A stretch of 64,000 nt of DNA. Source: a virus. Within the stretch, counting starts at the first letter, position 1. Each line of letters opens with the position of its first letter. The stretch spans positions 1 through 64,000 of the IMG/VR virus record IMGVR_UViG_3300046457_000143. One strand, written 5' to 3'. The translations under genes were made by a program, and so were the position numbers. The notes under the pieces were generated by a model. That model worked only from the letters and a program-made list of their open reading frames with translations. It made no database searches and was not told the origin of the DNA. This document shows positions 16,609 to 27,900 of the stretch, in pieces.

Positions 16609-17844
16609 ATGCCATTGAACTATAACGCCCCGGCCGACGGGACAAAGTCGAGCATCGACGGCGCTGGTTCCGACCAGATGCAAACCTTCATGTGGCTCAA
16701 GCAGTCACTGGTGACCGCACGCAAGGAGCAGTATTTCATGCCCCTGGCGAGCGTCACGAACATGCCGAAGAACTTCGGCAAGAAGCTCAAGGTGTACGAG
16801 TACATCCCGCTGCTCGACGACCGCAACATCAACGATCAGGGTCTCGACGCTGCAGGCGCCACCTACGCTGGCGGCAACCTGTACGGTTCGTCCAAGGACG
16901 TGGGCAAGATCACGGCGAAGCTGCCGCACCTGACCGAAAACGGCGGCCGTGTGAACCGTGTCGGTTTCACCCGTATCGAGCGCGAAGGTACGTTCCACAA
17001 GTTCGGCTTCTTCTACGAGTGGACGCAGGAGTCGATGGACTTCGACTCGGATCCGGAACTGGCCCAGCATCTGGCCACGGAACTGATGAACGGCGCCGTG
17101 CAGATGACGGAAGCCCAGCTCCAGATGGACCTGCTCGCCGCTCCTGGTGTGGTCATGTTTGCGGGCGCCGCAACGTCGAAGGCCACGGTGACGGGTGAAG
17201 TCGTGCCGGCTGCCGGTGGCAACCCGGAAATCCCGGCCTCGGTGGTGTCGTACAAGAACCTGTCGCGTCTGGACCAGATCCTGACCGACAACCGTTCGCC
17301 CACCTCGGTGACGATCATCACGGGTTCGCGCCTGGTCGACACGCAGACGCTCGGCGCACGCCGTGTGATGTATATCGGCTCGGAACTCGTGCCGGCGCTC
17401 GAAGCGATGACCGACCTGTTCGGCAATCCGGCGTTCGTGCCGATCCAGAAATACGGCGATGCCGGCACGCTGATGAATGGCGAGATCGGTGCGATCGGCA
17501 AGTGGCGCTTCATCCAGGTGCCGGAAATGCTGCACTGGGCAGGCGCTGGTGCAGCGGCGACGGATGCGAATCCGGGCTACCGCACCTCGATGGTTGGCGG
17601 CACGGAGCACTACGACGTGTTCCCGATGCTCACCATCGGTGACGACTCGTTCACGACCATCGGCTTCCAGACGGACGGCAAGACGGTCAAGTTCAACGTC
17701 ATCACCAAGATGCCGGGCAAGGACACGGCCGACAAGACCGATCCGTACGGCGAACAGGGTTTCAGCTCGATGAAGTGGTACTACGGCATTCTCATCAAGC
17801 GCCCGGAACGTCTCGGCATCATCTACACGGTCGCACCGGAATAA
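16609..17844 (+). CDS. Major capsid protein (N4 gp56 family)
   Basis: [17 protein letters not shown]; [15 protein letters not shown]; [16 protein letters not shown]; strong codon bias. Confidence 0.96.
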   Translation: MPLNYNAPADGTKSSIDGAGSDQMQTFMWLKQSLVTARKEQYFMPLASVTNMPKNFGKKLKVYEYIPLLDDRNINDQGLDAAGATYAGGNLYGSSKDVGKITAKLPHLTENGGRVNRVGFTRIEREGTFHKFGFFYEWTQESMDFDSDPELAQHLATELMNGAVQMTEAQLQMDLLAAPGVVMFAGAATSKATVTGEVVPAAGGNPEIPASVVSYKNLSRLDQILTDNRSPTSVTIITGSRLVDTQTLGARRVMYIGSELVPALEAMTDLFGNPAFVPIQKYGDAGTLMNGEIGAIGKWRFIQVPEMLHWAGAGAAATDANPGYRTSMVGGTEHYDVFPMLTIGDDSFTTIGFQTDGKTVKFNVITKMPGKDTADKTDPYGEQGFSSMKWYYGILIKRPERLGIIYTVAPE

Positions 17845-17936
17845 AGCCGGCGTGAAGCACTGAACCAGGAGGAAGGAGATTGTCCCCACAGTCTCTTTCC
17901 CTCTGGCTCCAAGTATCTGGAACCCAAGGAAAAGCC

Positions 17937-18587
17937 ATGAGTACCCTGAACGAAGACCTGGACGGCGAGAACGCGCAGGACGACCAGCTCACCGAAGCTG
18001 ATGAACTCAAGTTGCTGAAAGAGCGTGCCACGCTGATGGGCATCAAGTTCAGCAACAACATCTCGGTCGCCACCCTCAAGGAGAAGATCGAGGAACGCAT
18101 GTCGGGCACCACGAAGAGCGAAGCTCCGGAGCCGCAGGTCAAAGCCAATCCGCTGGCAGGTGAAGAGACCCCGGCTGATGGTCAGCCTGTCAAACGCAAG
18201 TCGCTGCGCCGGTACCTGCACGACGAGGAGATGAAGCTCCTTCGCGTGCGTATCACCTGCATGGACCCGAAGAAAGCGGATCTGCACGGTGAAGTGCTGT
18301 GTGTCTCCAACGAGTATCTCGGCAACGTGAAGAAGTTCATTCCCTACGGTGAAGCAACCGAGGGTGGCTTCCACATCGAGAACTGCCTGTACAAGACGCT
18401 GCGTGACCGGGAATTCCTGCAGGTCCGCACGCTCAAGGGCGACAAGTCCAACGGCATGACGCCGCGCATCGAGACGAAATGGGTGCGTGAATTCGCCATC
18501 GAAGTCCTGCCGCCGCTCACGCCCCAGGAGCTCGCGGACCTGAAGGTTGCACAGATCGCTGCCGGTAGCCTCGACGCGGCGAAATAA
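17937..18587 (+). CDS. Conserved hypothetical protein (N4 gp55-like)
   Basis: LKERATLMGIKFSNNI; LRVRITCMDPKK; VLPPLTPQEL; AAGGA RBS. Confidence 0.8.
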   Translation: MSTLNEDLDGENAQDDQLTEADELKLLKERATLMGIKFSNNISVATLKEKIEERMSGTTKSEAPEPQVKANPLAGEETPADGQPVKRKSLRRYLHDEEMKLLRVRITCMDPKKADLHGEVLCVSNEYLGNVKKFIPYGEATEGGFHIENCLYKTLRDREFLQVRTLKGDKSNGMTPRIETKWVREFAIEVLPPLTPQELADLKVAQIAAGSLDAAK

Positions 18588-18605
18588 AGCTCACGCCCCA
18601 ACGGG

Positions 18606-18638
18606 AAGCCCGTCCAGATATGGGCGGGCTTTTTGTTT
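18606..18638 (+). terminator. Rho-independent terminator
   Basis: AAGCCCGTCCA-GATA-TGGGCGGGCTTTTTGTTT. Confidence 0.8.
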
Positions 18639-18657
18639 CTGAACCAGGAAAAACAAG

Positions 18658-19539
18658 ATGGCTACTTACGGTATCGATACCGACGCAAACCTGCTGTACA
18701 CCCTGCTGCTGTCGGCTGAACACATCACCGTCCCGACGCTGGATCTCACCGCTCCCGTGTTCAACATTCCGGGTGACAACACCTCGGGTGCCTACCAGCA
18801 GATCAACCCGCTCACCAATGCGGACATGACGGCCGGCGCCATCGACGGTACCGGCACGTTCGACGTGCTGATGCAGGGCATGAAGGCGCAGCTGCGTGAA
18901 GAGTTCGAGAAGGGCCGCATTACCGGCGCCGAGTACACGAAGGCCTATGTCGCCCTGGTGCAGAGCACGATGCAGTTCGCCGTGCAGTACCTGCTCGGCC
19001 GGGATCAGGCCTACTGGCAGTCGGTGCTGGCCCAGTCGCAGGCAATCACTGCCCGTGTGGGCCTCGAGCAGGCCAAGATTCAGGCGTTCACCGCCCAGGT
19101 CGAGGCACGCAATGCCACGGCAGCGCTCGCCCTGACCAAGGCCAAGCTCGGCACGGAAGACGCACAGTTCGGCCAGCTCAAGTACCAGATCGACAACCTG
19201 CTGCCGGCCCAGCTCACGCAGGTGCAGGCCCAGACCCAGGTGACGAACAAGCAGGTGGCGCTCGTGGGTGAGCAGACCGAAGTGCAGCGTGCGCAGACGC
19301 TCGATGTGCGTACCGACGGCCAGACGGTGGCGGGTGCGCTCGGCAAGCAGAAGCAGCTCTACACCCAGCAGATCACGAGCTACCAGCGTGATGCGGAAGT
19401 GAAGGCGGCCAAGATCTTCAGCGATGCGTGGATCACGATGAAGACGATCGACGAAGGCATCACTGCACCGGCAGGCTTCTCCAACAGTTCGGTGGATACC
19501 GTGCTCACCGCGCTCAAGACCAACAACGGACTGGGCTGA
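18658..19539 (+). CDS. Virion structural protein (N4 gp54-like)
   Basis: GTGTFDVLM...EEFEKGRITGAEYTKAY; SYQRDAEVKAAK. Confidence 0.85.
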   Translation: MATYGIDTDANLLYTLLLSAEHITVPTLDLTAPVFNIPGDNTSGAYQQINPLTNADMTAGAIDGTGTFDVLMQGMKAQLREEFEKGRITGAEYTKAYVALVQSTMQFAVQYLLGRDQAYWQSVLAQSQAITARVGLEQAKIQAFTAQVEARNATAALALTKAKLGTEDAQFGQLKYQIDNLLPAQLTQVQAQTQVTNKQVALVGEQTEVQRAQTLDVRTDGQTVAGALGKQKQLYTQQITSYQRDAEVKAAKIFSDAWITMKTIDEGITAPAGFSNSSVDTVLTALKTNNGLG

Positions 19540-19541
19540 TC

Positions 19542-22265
19542 ATGGGGAGCATCTTCAGCAGCGGGCCGACGACCGTCGTCTCCTCGACTGTTTACAACCT
19601 CGCCGGGGACGTGAACAAGCGGAGCAATTTTCTGAAGACCACGGTCATCAGCAATGTCGTTGGGGAATCCACCATGTCCATGGGGGAGTCGATCAACCGT
19701 GCATACCTGAATGGTCCCGCCATGAAGTTGCGCTCCTTCGCCCGGTGGGCGGAGGGCAGTGCTGACTACAACCATGTGATCGGCGCCGCTGCCGGGCGGA
19801 TCACCACAGGCAACTCGCTGGATGTGAATGAGCTGGCCCGCCAGATCCCGCATGACGCTGGCTACACGGTGTCCCTGCAGCAGAGCGATCTGGGGCCGGC
19901 CGACAGTGCGTGGTGGGCTGACCAGTACGTGGCGGAGCATCATCCTGAACGCCTGCTGACCGACTGGCATGCGGACTATGACGTGCCGTCCAACACGGTC
20001 ACGATCACCTACGCGGACCACACCACCGAAACGTTTCACCCGGTCGGGCTGGACATGAATGCCCGGTACATCTTTGCGGCCTACACCCTGATCACGGGCA
20101 AGGCAGTCGGGGCTGTGACGCCGGGCAATACCGTTTCCCTTGGCTCCGCTGGCAGCTTTCCGGCGACGGCCGGCTGGACGCTCGATTCGAACCTGGCTAC
20201 CAGCAAGGTGGTGAACCTGCGCAAGACCGTGACACGGGTCGTCAGCTACTCGGATGGCCGTCCGGTCGAAACCAGCACCACGGTCGACACAACCAGCATG
20301 ACCTATGCCGAGACGCATACGGTCTACGAAAGGACGGACTTCAAGGGCATTGATCTGGCCAACCCCACCCGGACCTACTCGATCCGCTCGATCATGAGCC
20401 AGGACCAGACGGTCAGTGCCGTGGCGGGGGCGCCTTCCGTGGCCACGATGACGGACACGGCAGGCGGTGGGGTGACCCAGACGATCACGATCACCACCGT
20501 GGTGGAGTCGGCCAGGTTCGCCCGGTCCTACCGCATTGACACGCAGGACATCACGAACAACACGATCTCCCCGGTCAAGGTGTTCATCTACCAGCTCGGT
20601 GCGGGCAATGCCGTGCTCGATGCAATGTTCAACCTGCCCGTCCAGTTCGGCTCGTTCTTCCCGTACATCCCGATCCGGATCAATAACCAGTTTGTCTCCG
20701 AGTCCTATCTGCCCGATGTCTATGCGATTGCAAAGAAGGCCTACAAGAAGTCAGTAGGAGGTCAACTGGACGACACCATCGCCCAGATCGCAGACAACGC
20801 CTCCATTGGCGATATCGACTACACCTATGCGGTGTTCGGCGTCTCCCTGAACGTGGCGGAAGTGAAGTGCAAGAGCTACATCTACACGTTCTTCAAGGCG
20901 ATCATGGAGTCCCAGTCGTATGACAGCCGGGCCTATGAGCGATGGAAGACTGACTGGAATGATGCCAAGGCCTCATGGGAAGCCTATGGCGCATGGTTGA
21001 GAGCCAACTGGGGGACGGGTACCGACAATGTGGCCACCATGCCGCAGATACGGCCGTACCCGTCACTGCCGCAGCAGTCGGTGAGTATGTATGTCCCGGC
21101 TGACTCCCCGATGAACTACAACATCCAGATGTTCTGGAACAGTGTTGAAGAGTCGACCGGTGCCGGCATGCACTCGCCGGATCACGCAGTGGGGGACATG
21201 TGGTGGGTGATCAACCCGACCGAGAGTTTCGACCAGACCACCTACTTTGTTGGGGACTCGGACATCGTTCCCTACGTCGATGCGATCAGGGTCGAGTCGG
21301 TGACCCTGTATTCCCAGGTCAGTGCGAACAACTGGACAGCGCTCACGCTGCGCGGACTGGTGCACCGCAACCTGATCTATGGGGGCAATGCAGTCTTCAC
21401 TTCCGCTGTGGATGCGCTCAACGACAGGGAAGAGTCTGGCTTCATCATTCCCCTGCAGGAAGATATCTACCGCACGACGCCGCTGGTGGATGCTACCCAG
21501 ATGGCCACGGCCTGCTGCTATCTCGTCTTCAACTGCTACAAGGTGGTGAAGAAGAAGTGGTACCAGACGGGGCTGTTTACCGTGATCATCATCATCGTCA
21601 TTATCATCATCACGTGGCTGACGTGGGGTAGTGGCACCGGCCCAGCCTCGGCCGGGTTGCTCGGCACCAATGCCGGGGTGGGTGCGGCGCTCGGCTTTAC
21701 CGGCACCCTGGCGATCGTGGTCGGCGCCATTGTCAATGCGGTCGCTGCGATGGTGCTGGTGAAGCTGATCGGTGTGGCTGCGGACAAGATCTTCGGTGAG
21801 AAGATCGGCTCTATCGTGGGCGCCATAGCAGCCGTGGTGGCCATCGTGGTTGGCACCAGTTACGCCAATAGCGGCAACTGGACCACTGCCATGTCCTCAC
21901 TCACCAGTCCTTCCAACCTGCTCCAGCTCACCAGTGCTGTGGCAGGGGGTGTGTCTGGCTACATCGGTTCCGAGACACAGGACATAATTAAAGAGACCAG
22001 CGATATGCTGGAGTCGTACAATGAAAAGATGGCGGATGTGCAGGATGCCTATCAAGCCACCGGCATGACTGACCTCGCACAGTTCGACCCCATGCAGCTC
22101 ACGGATGCCGGTGCCCCGAAGCGGCCCGATCACATCTACGAGCCAGCAGCCAGCTTCCTCAACAGAACACTGATGACCGGTAGCGACATTGCGGACCTGC
22201 AGAACATGCTGATCTCGCAATTCACGTCATTGACTCTGGACCCCAATCAGAACCTCGTTACCTGA
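19542..22265 (+). CDS. N4 gp53-like structural/ejection protein with TM segments
   Basis: VSSTVYNLAGD; KKKWYQTG followed by very hydrophobic stretches; synteny. Confidence 0.8.
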   Translation: MGSIFSSGPTTVVSSTVYNLAGDVNKRSNFLKTTVISNVVGESTMSMGESINRAYLNGPAMKLRSFARWAEGSADYNHVIGAAAGRITTGNSLDVNELARQIPHDAGYTVSLQQSDLGPADSAWWADQYVAEHHPERLLTDWHADYDVPSNTVTITYADHTTETFHPVGLDMNARYIFAAYTLITGKAVGAVTPGNTVSLGSAGSFPATAGWTLDSNLATSKVVNLRKTVTRVVSYSDGRPVETSTTVDTTSMTYAETHTVYERTDFKGIDLANPTRTYSIRSIMSQDQTVSAVAGAPSVATMTDTAGGGVTQTITITTVVESARFARSYRIDTQDITNNTISPVKVFIYQLGAGNAVLDAMFNLPVQFGSFFPYIPIRINNQFVSESYLPDVYAIAKKAYKKSVGGQLDDTIAQIADNASIGDIDYTYAVFGVSLNVAEVKCKSYIYTFFKAIMESQSYDSRAYERWKTDWNDAKASWEAYGAWLRANWGTGTDNVATMPQIRPYPSLPQQSVSMYVPADSPMNYNIQMFWNSVEESTGAGMHSPDHAVGDMWWVINPTESFDQTTYFVGDSDIVPYVDAIRVESVTLYSQVSANNWTALTLRGLVHRNLIYGGNAVFTSAVDALNDREESGFIIPLQEDIYRTTPLVDATQMATACCYLVFNCYKVVKKKWYQTGLFTVIIIIVIIIITWLTWGSGTGPASAGLLGTNAGVGAALGFTGTLAIVVGAIVNAVAAMVLVKLIGVAADKIFGEKIGSIVGAIAAVVAIVVGTSYANSGNWTTAMSSLTSPSNLLQLTSAVAGGVSGYIGSETQDIIKETSDMLESYNEKMADVQDAYQATGMTDLAQFDPMQLTDAGAPKRPDHIYEPAASFLNRTLMTGSDIADLQNMLISQFTSLTLDPNQNLVT

Positions 22266-22275
22266 CAGGTGCTCT

Positions 22276-22725
22276 ATGGCATTGCCGCAAACCTATAACT
22301 TCGGACAGGGCGATAACGTCACGCCCTACCCGTTCCAGATGCCGGCCGGCTCCGGCCAGCCGTGGGACTTCAGTGGTATCAATTCCTACGGCATGGGTGG
22401 CACGCCCACGCTCGGGGCGAATGCTGCCGGTACGATTGCCGGCGCTACCCCCAAGGGTTTTTTCGACGGATCCGGTCTCGGCATGAACCTGCCGACGCTG
22501 CAACTCGGGCTGGACACCGTCGGCAAGCTCGGCAGTCTCTACGCCGGTATCTCGGCGCTGGGCCTGGCCAAAGACCAGTTTGGCTTCCAGAAAAACATGG
22601 CCGAGAAGAACTACACCAACTCGGTCTCGAGCTACAACACGTCGCTGGAAGACCGGGCCAATGCCCGTGCTTCGGTGGACGGCTCCAATGCCGCGGCGTA
22701 CATCGCTGCCCACAAACTCACGTAA
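22276..22725 (+). CDS. Virion protein (N4 gp52-like)
   Basis: LAKDQFGFQK..NY.NSV.SYNT.LEDR. Confidence 0.8.
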   Translation: MALPQTYNFGQGDNVTPYPFQMPAGSGQPWDFSGINSYGMGGTPTLGANAAGTIAGATPKGFFDGSGLGMNLPTLQLGLDTVGKLGSLYAGISALGLAKDQFGFQKNMAEKNYTNSVSSYNTSLEDRANARASVDGSNAAAYIAAHKLT

Positions 22726-22734
22726 GGAGAAGCC

Positions 22735-24834
22735 ATGGCTGTCCTGACCTGGCGCAACGTGGATGCGCCCTCGGATCGCGGCAACTCGGCCATCAATGGG
22801 CTGACTGCTGCGGCCAACCTGTTCAATACCGGTGCCTCGGGCATCGGGGATGCGATCGGCAACTTCGGCAAGGCGCAAACCACGCTGGCCAACAACGCTG
22901 CCGTGCAGGCTGCATCCCGGCTTCAGGATGCAGACCAGCTGAAGGCTGCACTCGCTGACGGCTCGCTTCTGTCGGGCCTTCAGGGAGTGGATCCTTCCCG
23001 TGTCGATGCGGCAACGGTGGGCGACATCAACACCCGTGTGTCGAACCTGCTGCTTGACCGTGGCCGGGATCTGAACAACCAGACCACGTCTCAAGCCCTG
23101 CATGACACCCAGTACACGCAGAACCGGCTGGAGACGAATAACGCACTGACCGACGCAGCCCGTCCTGCACTAAATGCACTCTTTCTCGCCTCGAAGAGCC
23201 GGGATCCGAAAGCGATTGCTGCGGCGCAGGCTGATCCGGCTCTGGCCCAGTTGCCGTCTGATGTGCTTACGAAGTTCCTGACGGATGCAACCGCCCAGGA
23301 ACAGGGCCGGGCATCACTCACCGGAACCGATCTCACGAACCGGGGAACGGGAATCAGCAATGATGCCCGTGCGCTCGACCTCAAGATCAACCAGCGCAAT
23401 GACGCTGCGCAGCAGGGTGCGCTTCAGGTCATGAACCAGCTCCGGGATGCAGCCTCCGGAGGTGAGGCACTCTCGCAGTACAGCAGCATCGCCAACTCGC
23501 TCGATCCGCAGGTGGCGGCAAGCGTGCGGGCACAGCTCGAGCAGCGCTGGGGTCCGATCTTCGGCGGTGGCAGCGGAGCAGGTTCTTCCCCTGGCTCAGG
23601 TGGTACGGGCGCGGCCGGCTCCATTGCAGGTGCAGCCGGTGGTGGACTGGCCCCGCTTGGCGGTGCACCGCTCGCTGTGGGTGATGCTGGCACGGCTACG
23701 GGTGGCGAGTACAACGTCACCTTCGGCTACAAGAAGACTGATGTGCCGATCACCTCGATGTCGATTGGCGATCTGACGAAGAAGGGTGGACTGCAGGATC
23801 AGATGATCAATGATCCGAGCCTGAAGAACTCACCCATTGGTAAATATCAGATCAACAAGGAGACACTGCTCGACTTTGCTGGCCGGCTCGGTATCAAGCC
23901 GGGCACGAAGTTCACGCCTGACGTGCAGGACCAGCTGGGCGAGGCGATCTTCAATGATCGCAAGTCGCAGGATCTGTCCAAGACCTGGGAATCGTTGAAG
24001 AATATCCCCGGTGCCAGTACACCGGGTGCGTTCAAGAACAAGTCCTGGGCCGAGGTCAAGGACTTCATCGCACAGCAGGAAGGCACGGCCAAGGCCCAGA
24101 CGGCGGCTGAAGTGCGCAACGAAGGCAAGACGCTGCTCGACAGTCTGGCGAACCTGAAGATCAACCAGGGCCAGAAGATCCAGCTGAACCAGGCCAACGG
24201 TGTGGAGAAGGCACTGGCTGTCTCCCGCACGGGAGATGCCGGCAGCGAGGCCAGCAACCTGATCACTACCGTGCCGGCATTCAAGGGTGCGGACGCCGGG
24301 TGGCTTACGGACGAGATCAACACCGTGATGAAGCGGGGGAACTTCACTGCTCCGCAGGCGGCAACGCTCATCCAGCAGCACCTGAAGTCGAACCAGGGGA
24401 CGCTGGCCAACTTTGCCGACAGGGTACGCACACTGGGTGGCCTCACTGATGGCTTCACGGGCACGGACGCTTCGCCCAATCTGCCAAGTGGTCAGCGTAT
24501 CAATGACCGTGCCTTGCTGGCAGCAGCTGACTCGAATGCCCAGGGTCAGGGTGTGGCACAGCTTGCCCAGACGCAGGGCATGCAGGCAACCCAGGCGCAG
24601 GTCGATGCAGCCAATGTCGCGCTCCAGCAGGCACAGGAGCAGTTGATCAATGCCCGCCAGCGGGCGGCCGCCAACCCGAACTGGAAGGGCTTGGCGGACT
24701 ATGAAGCGCAGTACCGGCAGGCTATTATCCAGGCCCGACTGCTTCTTGCTGGTGGTGCCAACAATGCCCCTGTAAACTTGGTGCCAGGCTACAACGATCA
24801 AGCAGCACGCAGAGCAGCGGCAACCGTCCGCTGA
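22735..24834 (+). CDS. Internal virion/ejection protein (N4 gp51-like) with lysozyme-like domain
   Basis: LTWRNVDAP N-terminus; YNVTFG...MSIGD...GKYQINKETL...FTPDVQDQLG. Confidence 0.75.
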   Translation: MAVLTWRNVDAPSDRGNSAINGLTAAANLFNTGASGIGDAIGNFGKAQTTLANNAAVQAASRLQDADQLKAALADGSLLSGLQGVDPSRVDAATVGDINTRVSNLLLDRGRDLNNQTTSQALHDTQYTQNRLETNNALTDAARPALNALFLASKSRDPKAIAAAQADPALAQLPSDVLTKFLTDATAQEQGRASLTGTDLTNRGTGISNDARALDLKINQRNDAAQQGALQVMNQLRDAASGGEALSQYSSIANSLDPQVAASVRAQLEQRWGPIFGGGSGAGSSPGSGGTGAAGSIAGAAGGGLAPLGGAPLAVGDAGTATGGEYNVTFGYKKTDVPITSMSIGDLTKKGGLQDQMINDPSLKNSPIGKYQINKETLLDFAGRLGIKPGTKFTPDVQDQLGEAIFNDRKSQDLSKTWESLKNIPGASTPGAFKNKSWAEVKDFIAQQEGTAKAQTAAEVRNEGKTLLDSLANLKINQGQKIQLNQANGVEKALAVSRTGDAGSEASNLITTVPAFKGADAGWLTDEINTVMKRGNFTAPQAATLIQQHLKSNQGTLANFADRVRTLGGLTDGFTGTDASPNLPSGQRINDRALLAAADSNAQGQGVAQLAQTQGMQATQAQVDAANVALQQAQEQLINARQRAAANPNWKGLADYEAQYRQAIIQARLLLAGGANNAPVNLVPGYNDQAARRAAATVR

Positions 24835-24852
24835 TCATCTGAACTGTCAATG

Positions 24853-24883
24853 AAGCCTCATCCAGAAATGGGTGGGGCTTTTC
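24853..24883 (+). terminator. Rho-independent terminator upstream of the vRNAP gene
   Basis: AAGCCTCATCCA-GAAA-TGGGTGGGGCTTTT; G-U pairs indicate + orientation. Confidence 0.7.
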
Positions 24884-24941
24884 TCGTATCTCGCGGTAAA
24901 CTTCCGATACTTCAAACTTATCTCTAATTGCAGGGACCGCA

Positions 24942-27900
24942 ATGGCAGACCTGAACAATTTGCTGGCCAGTGCAGCCGGCTCCACGCCGACTTCAGCCGA
25001 CCTCGCCTACGAACAGGCACGACAACAGGGTGATGGCCAGCTCGCCCGTGGCCTGGGTAGCCTGGGCGCTGGTATCAGCGCAGGCCTGGGCAAGCTCGGT
25101 GACCTGACGAACAGTCACCTCGTTACGCCTTCGTCTACCGCTCCGGTACCGGTGCAGAACCCGAACTCACTCGATGCTGTCTCGGCCCGAGTCACAGCTT
25201 CCCTGGCTCCGCTTGCGCCGAACAAGCAGGCAAGTGTTGCCGAGAAGATGTCGGGTCTCACGGGTGAGAGCTACTACCCCATCGCAGTGGCAGACAGTCG
25301 CCAGTCCGATGCAGGTCTTCAGTCCGCAGGCGAGGTCGAGAAAGACCTGCGCACGATGGACCAGATCTCGTTCGTGCTCAAGTACGGCAACGAAGGCCAG
25401 AAGATGCTCGACCGCTACAACTCGGCAAGCCGGGATGTGAGCCAGCAGAACATCAATGACCGCAACTGGGGCGAGACGCTCAAGGATTCGGCCAACTCCC
25501 TGGTGACTGCGCCCATCACTGGACTCACCTCCATTGCAGCCTGGGGTGCCGGCCAGCTGAATGCAGGCGTCGGTGCGGAGATTGCAAAGAACACTGCCGA
25601 CTTCGCCAGCAAGATGCAGGGGCTGAAGTCCCAGAAAGCACAGGACACAGCCGCGCAGAACGCAGCCATCTCCCCGCTGCAGGATCGGGATAACGAGCAG
25701 CAGTATCAGGCTGATCTGAAGTCGGGTTCGTCCAATATCGTGGCAACCGCCCGTAAGGTTGGCCGGGACTTCATGGCAGGTGCTGCGAACGAGTTCAGTA
25801 ATCCGACGACACTGGCTGAAGGCTCGGCCAATGCCCTCGGCTCACTGCTCGTGTCGGCACCCATTGGTGGCGCAATTTCGAAGGTGGCGGCCCCGATCAC
25901 CAAGGCACTGCTGCCGGAATCGGCCCGGCTCGGTATTGCACTGTCGGCCGATACCTCCCGTGCGCTCGGTGAGCGCTCCGCTTCCCGCCTGCTCGATGCG
26001 GCGATCCAGAAGGGTGAGACCCATCTGCCGATGGCAGCCTCGGTGGCCTTGCAGGAAGGGGGCGGTGCCTACCAGCAGACGGCATCTGATGTCATGGGCA
26101 CGGACCTCGACACGCTCGCACAGCAGTCGCCAACCTTCCAGAAGCTGGTCGCTGGCGGCATGAAGCCGGAAGACGCACGTGCGGAGCTCGCCAACCAGGC
26201 GGGGCAGGCGGCTGCACCGAAGCAGGCCGCCGTCGGCGCACTGACCGGCTGGGCCGTGGCGCCGTTTGAAGCCCATCCGTTCCAGGTCGGTAGCGCTCGG
26301 GCATTCGTCCAGAATGCGCTGGTCAAGGAACCGCTCGAAGAGGGTGTGCAGAACGCTACTGGCCAGTTCTTCCAGAACCAGGCCGAGCGTGACACGGGCG
26401 TCGATCCGGCCAAGGATCTGTTCGACTCGGTCGGCCGCCAGGCAGCACAGGGTGCGATCTACGGTGCAGCGGCGGCGGGTACCACGGCAGCGCCGGGTGC
26501 AGCACTCTCGACCACGGCACGGGCAGCACTCGGTGCCGGTGCACTGACGGTCAAGGGTGCGAAGGCACTGGCAGACCGTGCCCCGGATGCGCTCAGTGCA
26601 GTGGCCGACAGCACACCGCGCAACCTGCAGGACGTAAAGGACACCCTGTCCTCGGTCTATGACGCTGCCGCCAATGTCGGTGGCAAGGTGGCCGATGTCG
26701 CCTCGAAGGCCGGCAATGCAGCAGCGGACCTGTCGTTTGGCTACGCGCCGAACGTGTCCGGTAAGGTGGCTGACGCCTACGACTACACCAAGGCGAAAGC
26801 CCAGAAGGGTATCGATGCGGTGAAGTCGAAGTTCCCGGATGTGAAGGATGCGGCCGGCAATGTGGCCGATGCGGTGACGGGTGCTGTCACCGGAGCCAGG
26901 GAGAAGGCGGCCGACGCTGCGGATGTGAACTTCGGCGGCGTGGTGCGCAATGCAGCTTCCCTGGCTCGCAGTGGTCTGTCAGCTGTGAAGCCCTACATCA
27001 GCCGGGTGACCGACTACTTCGCCAATCGTGGCGACGCCGTCATGAAGGTCAACGAGCGCAACTCGCCGGTGTCCGACGAGACGATGGCTGGTGCCTCGCA
27101 GGAGCTGGCCGCACAGAATGGCCAGCTCGATGCGCTGAAGCAGGAGATCGCAGATACACCGGACGTGGGCGATGACGTGAAGGCCCGTGCCACGGATTAT
27201 GCCGAGCGCGCCGCACGCATCACGCAGCTCCCTCCCGAACAAACGGCTACGTGGCATCCGGCAGTGCAGGCGGTGGTGGGCAACACGACCGATCGCTATG
27301 CAGCGATCCAGCGCATGCAGTCGTTCCTGGCCGACACGAAGCACAGCGATGCAGACCGCCTGGCGGTGGCTGCCCAGCTTCAGGCCGAGAAGGAAGATCT
27401 GCATGGTCTGGCCGACGCCAACCCTCGCCAGCTCGATGGGCTGCCGGAAGATCACGGTCTGCGTTCGTATGCACAGGGTGCGGCCGCATTCGTGCAGGGG
27501 ATCAGCCAGACGCCGGGGATGAGCCGTGCCGATCGTGCAGCGGTGCCGCTGATCAAGCGGGCTGCCGAGATCATCAAGCCGCTGACTGAAGAACGGGTCA
27601 ACACGCCTGAAGGTCAGGCTGATGCGAAGACGATTGCCAATCTGGCGGAAGTTGCTCCGACTGAGTTGCCGGAAGGTTCGATCCAGACGGCACTGAAGCA
27701 TGCTTCAAAGCTCGGTCTGAACCCGAACCAGAAGCGTTCGTTGCAGACAGCCGATGGTCTGCTTAAGTCGGCCAAGGATCACTTCGACCGTCTGGTGGCC
27801 AATGGTGACAAGCCGCTAAGTCCGAAGGATCTGGTGACCAAACAGGTGACCGCCGGTGAGTCGGACCACCCCTTCAAGAAGTCGGCGGCGCAACACGCCC

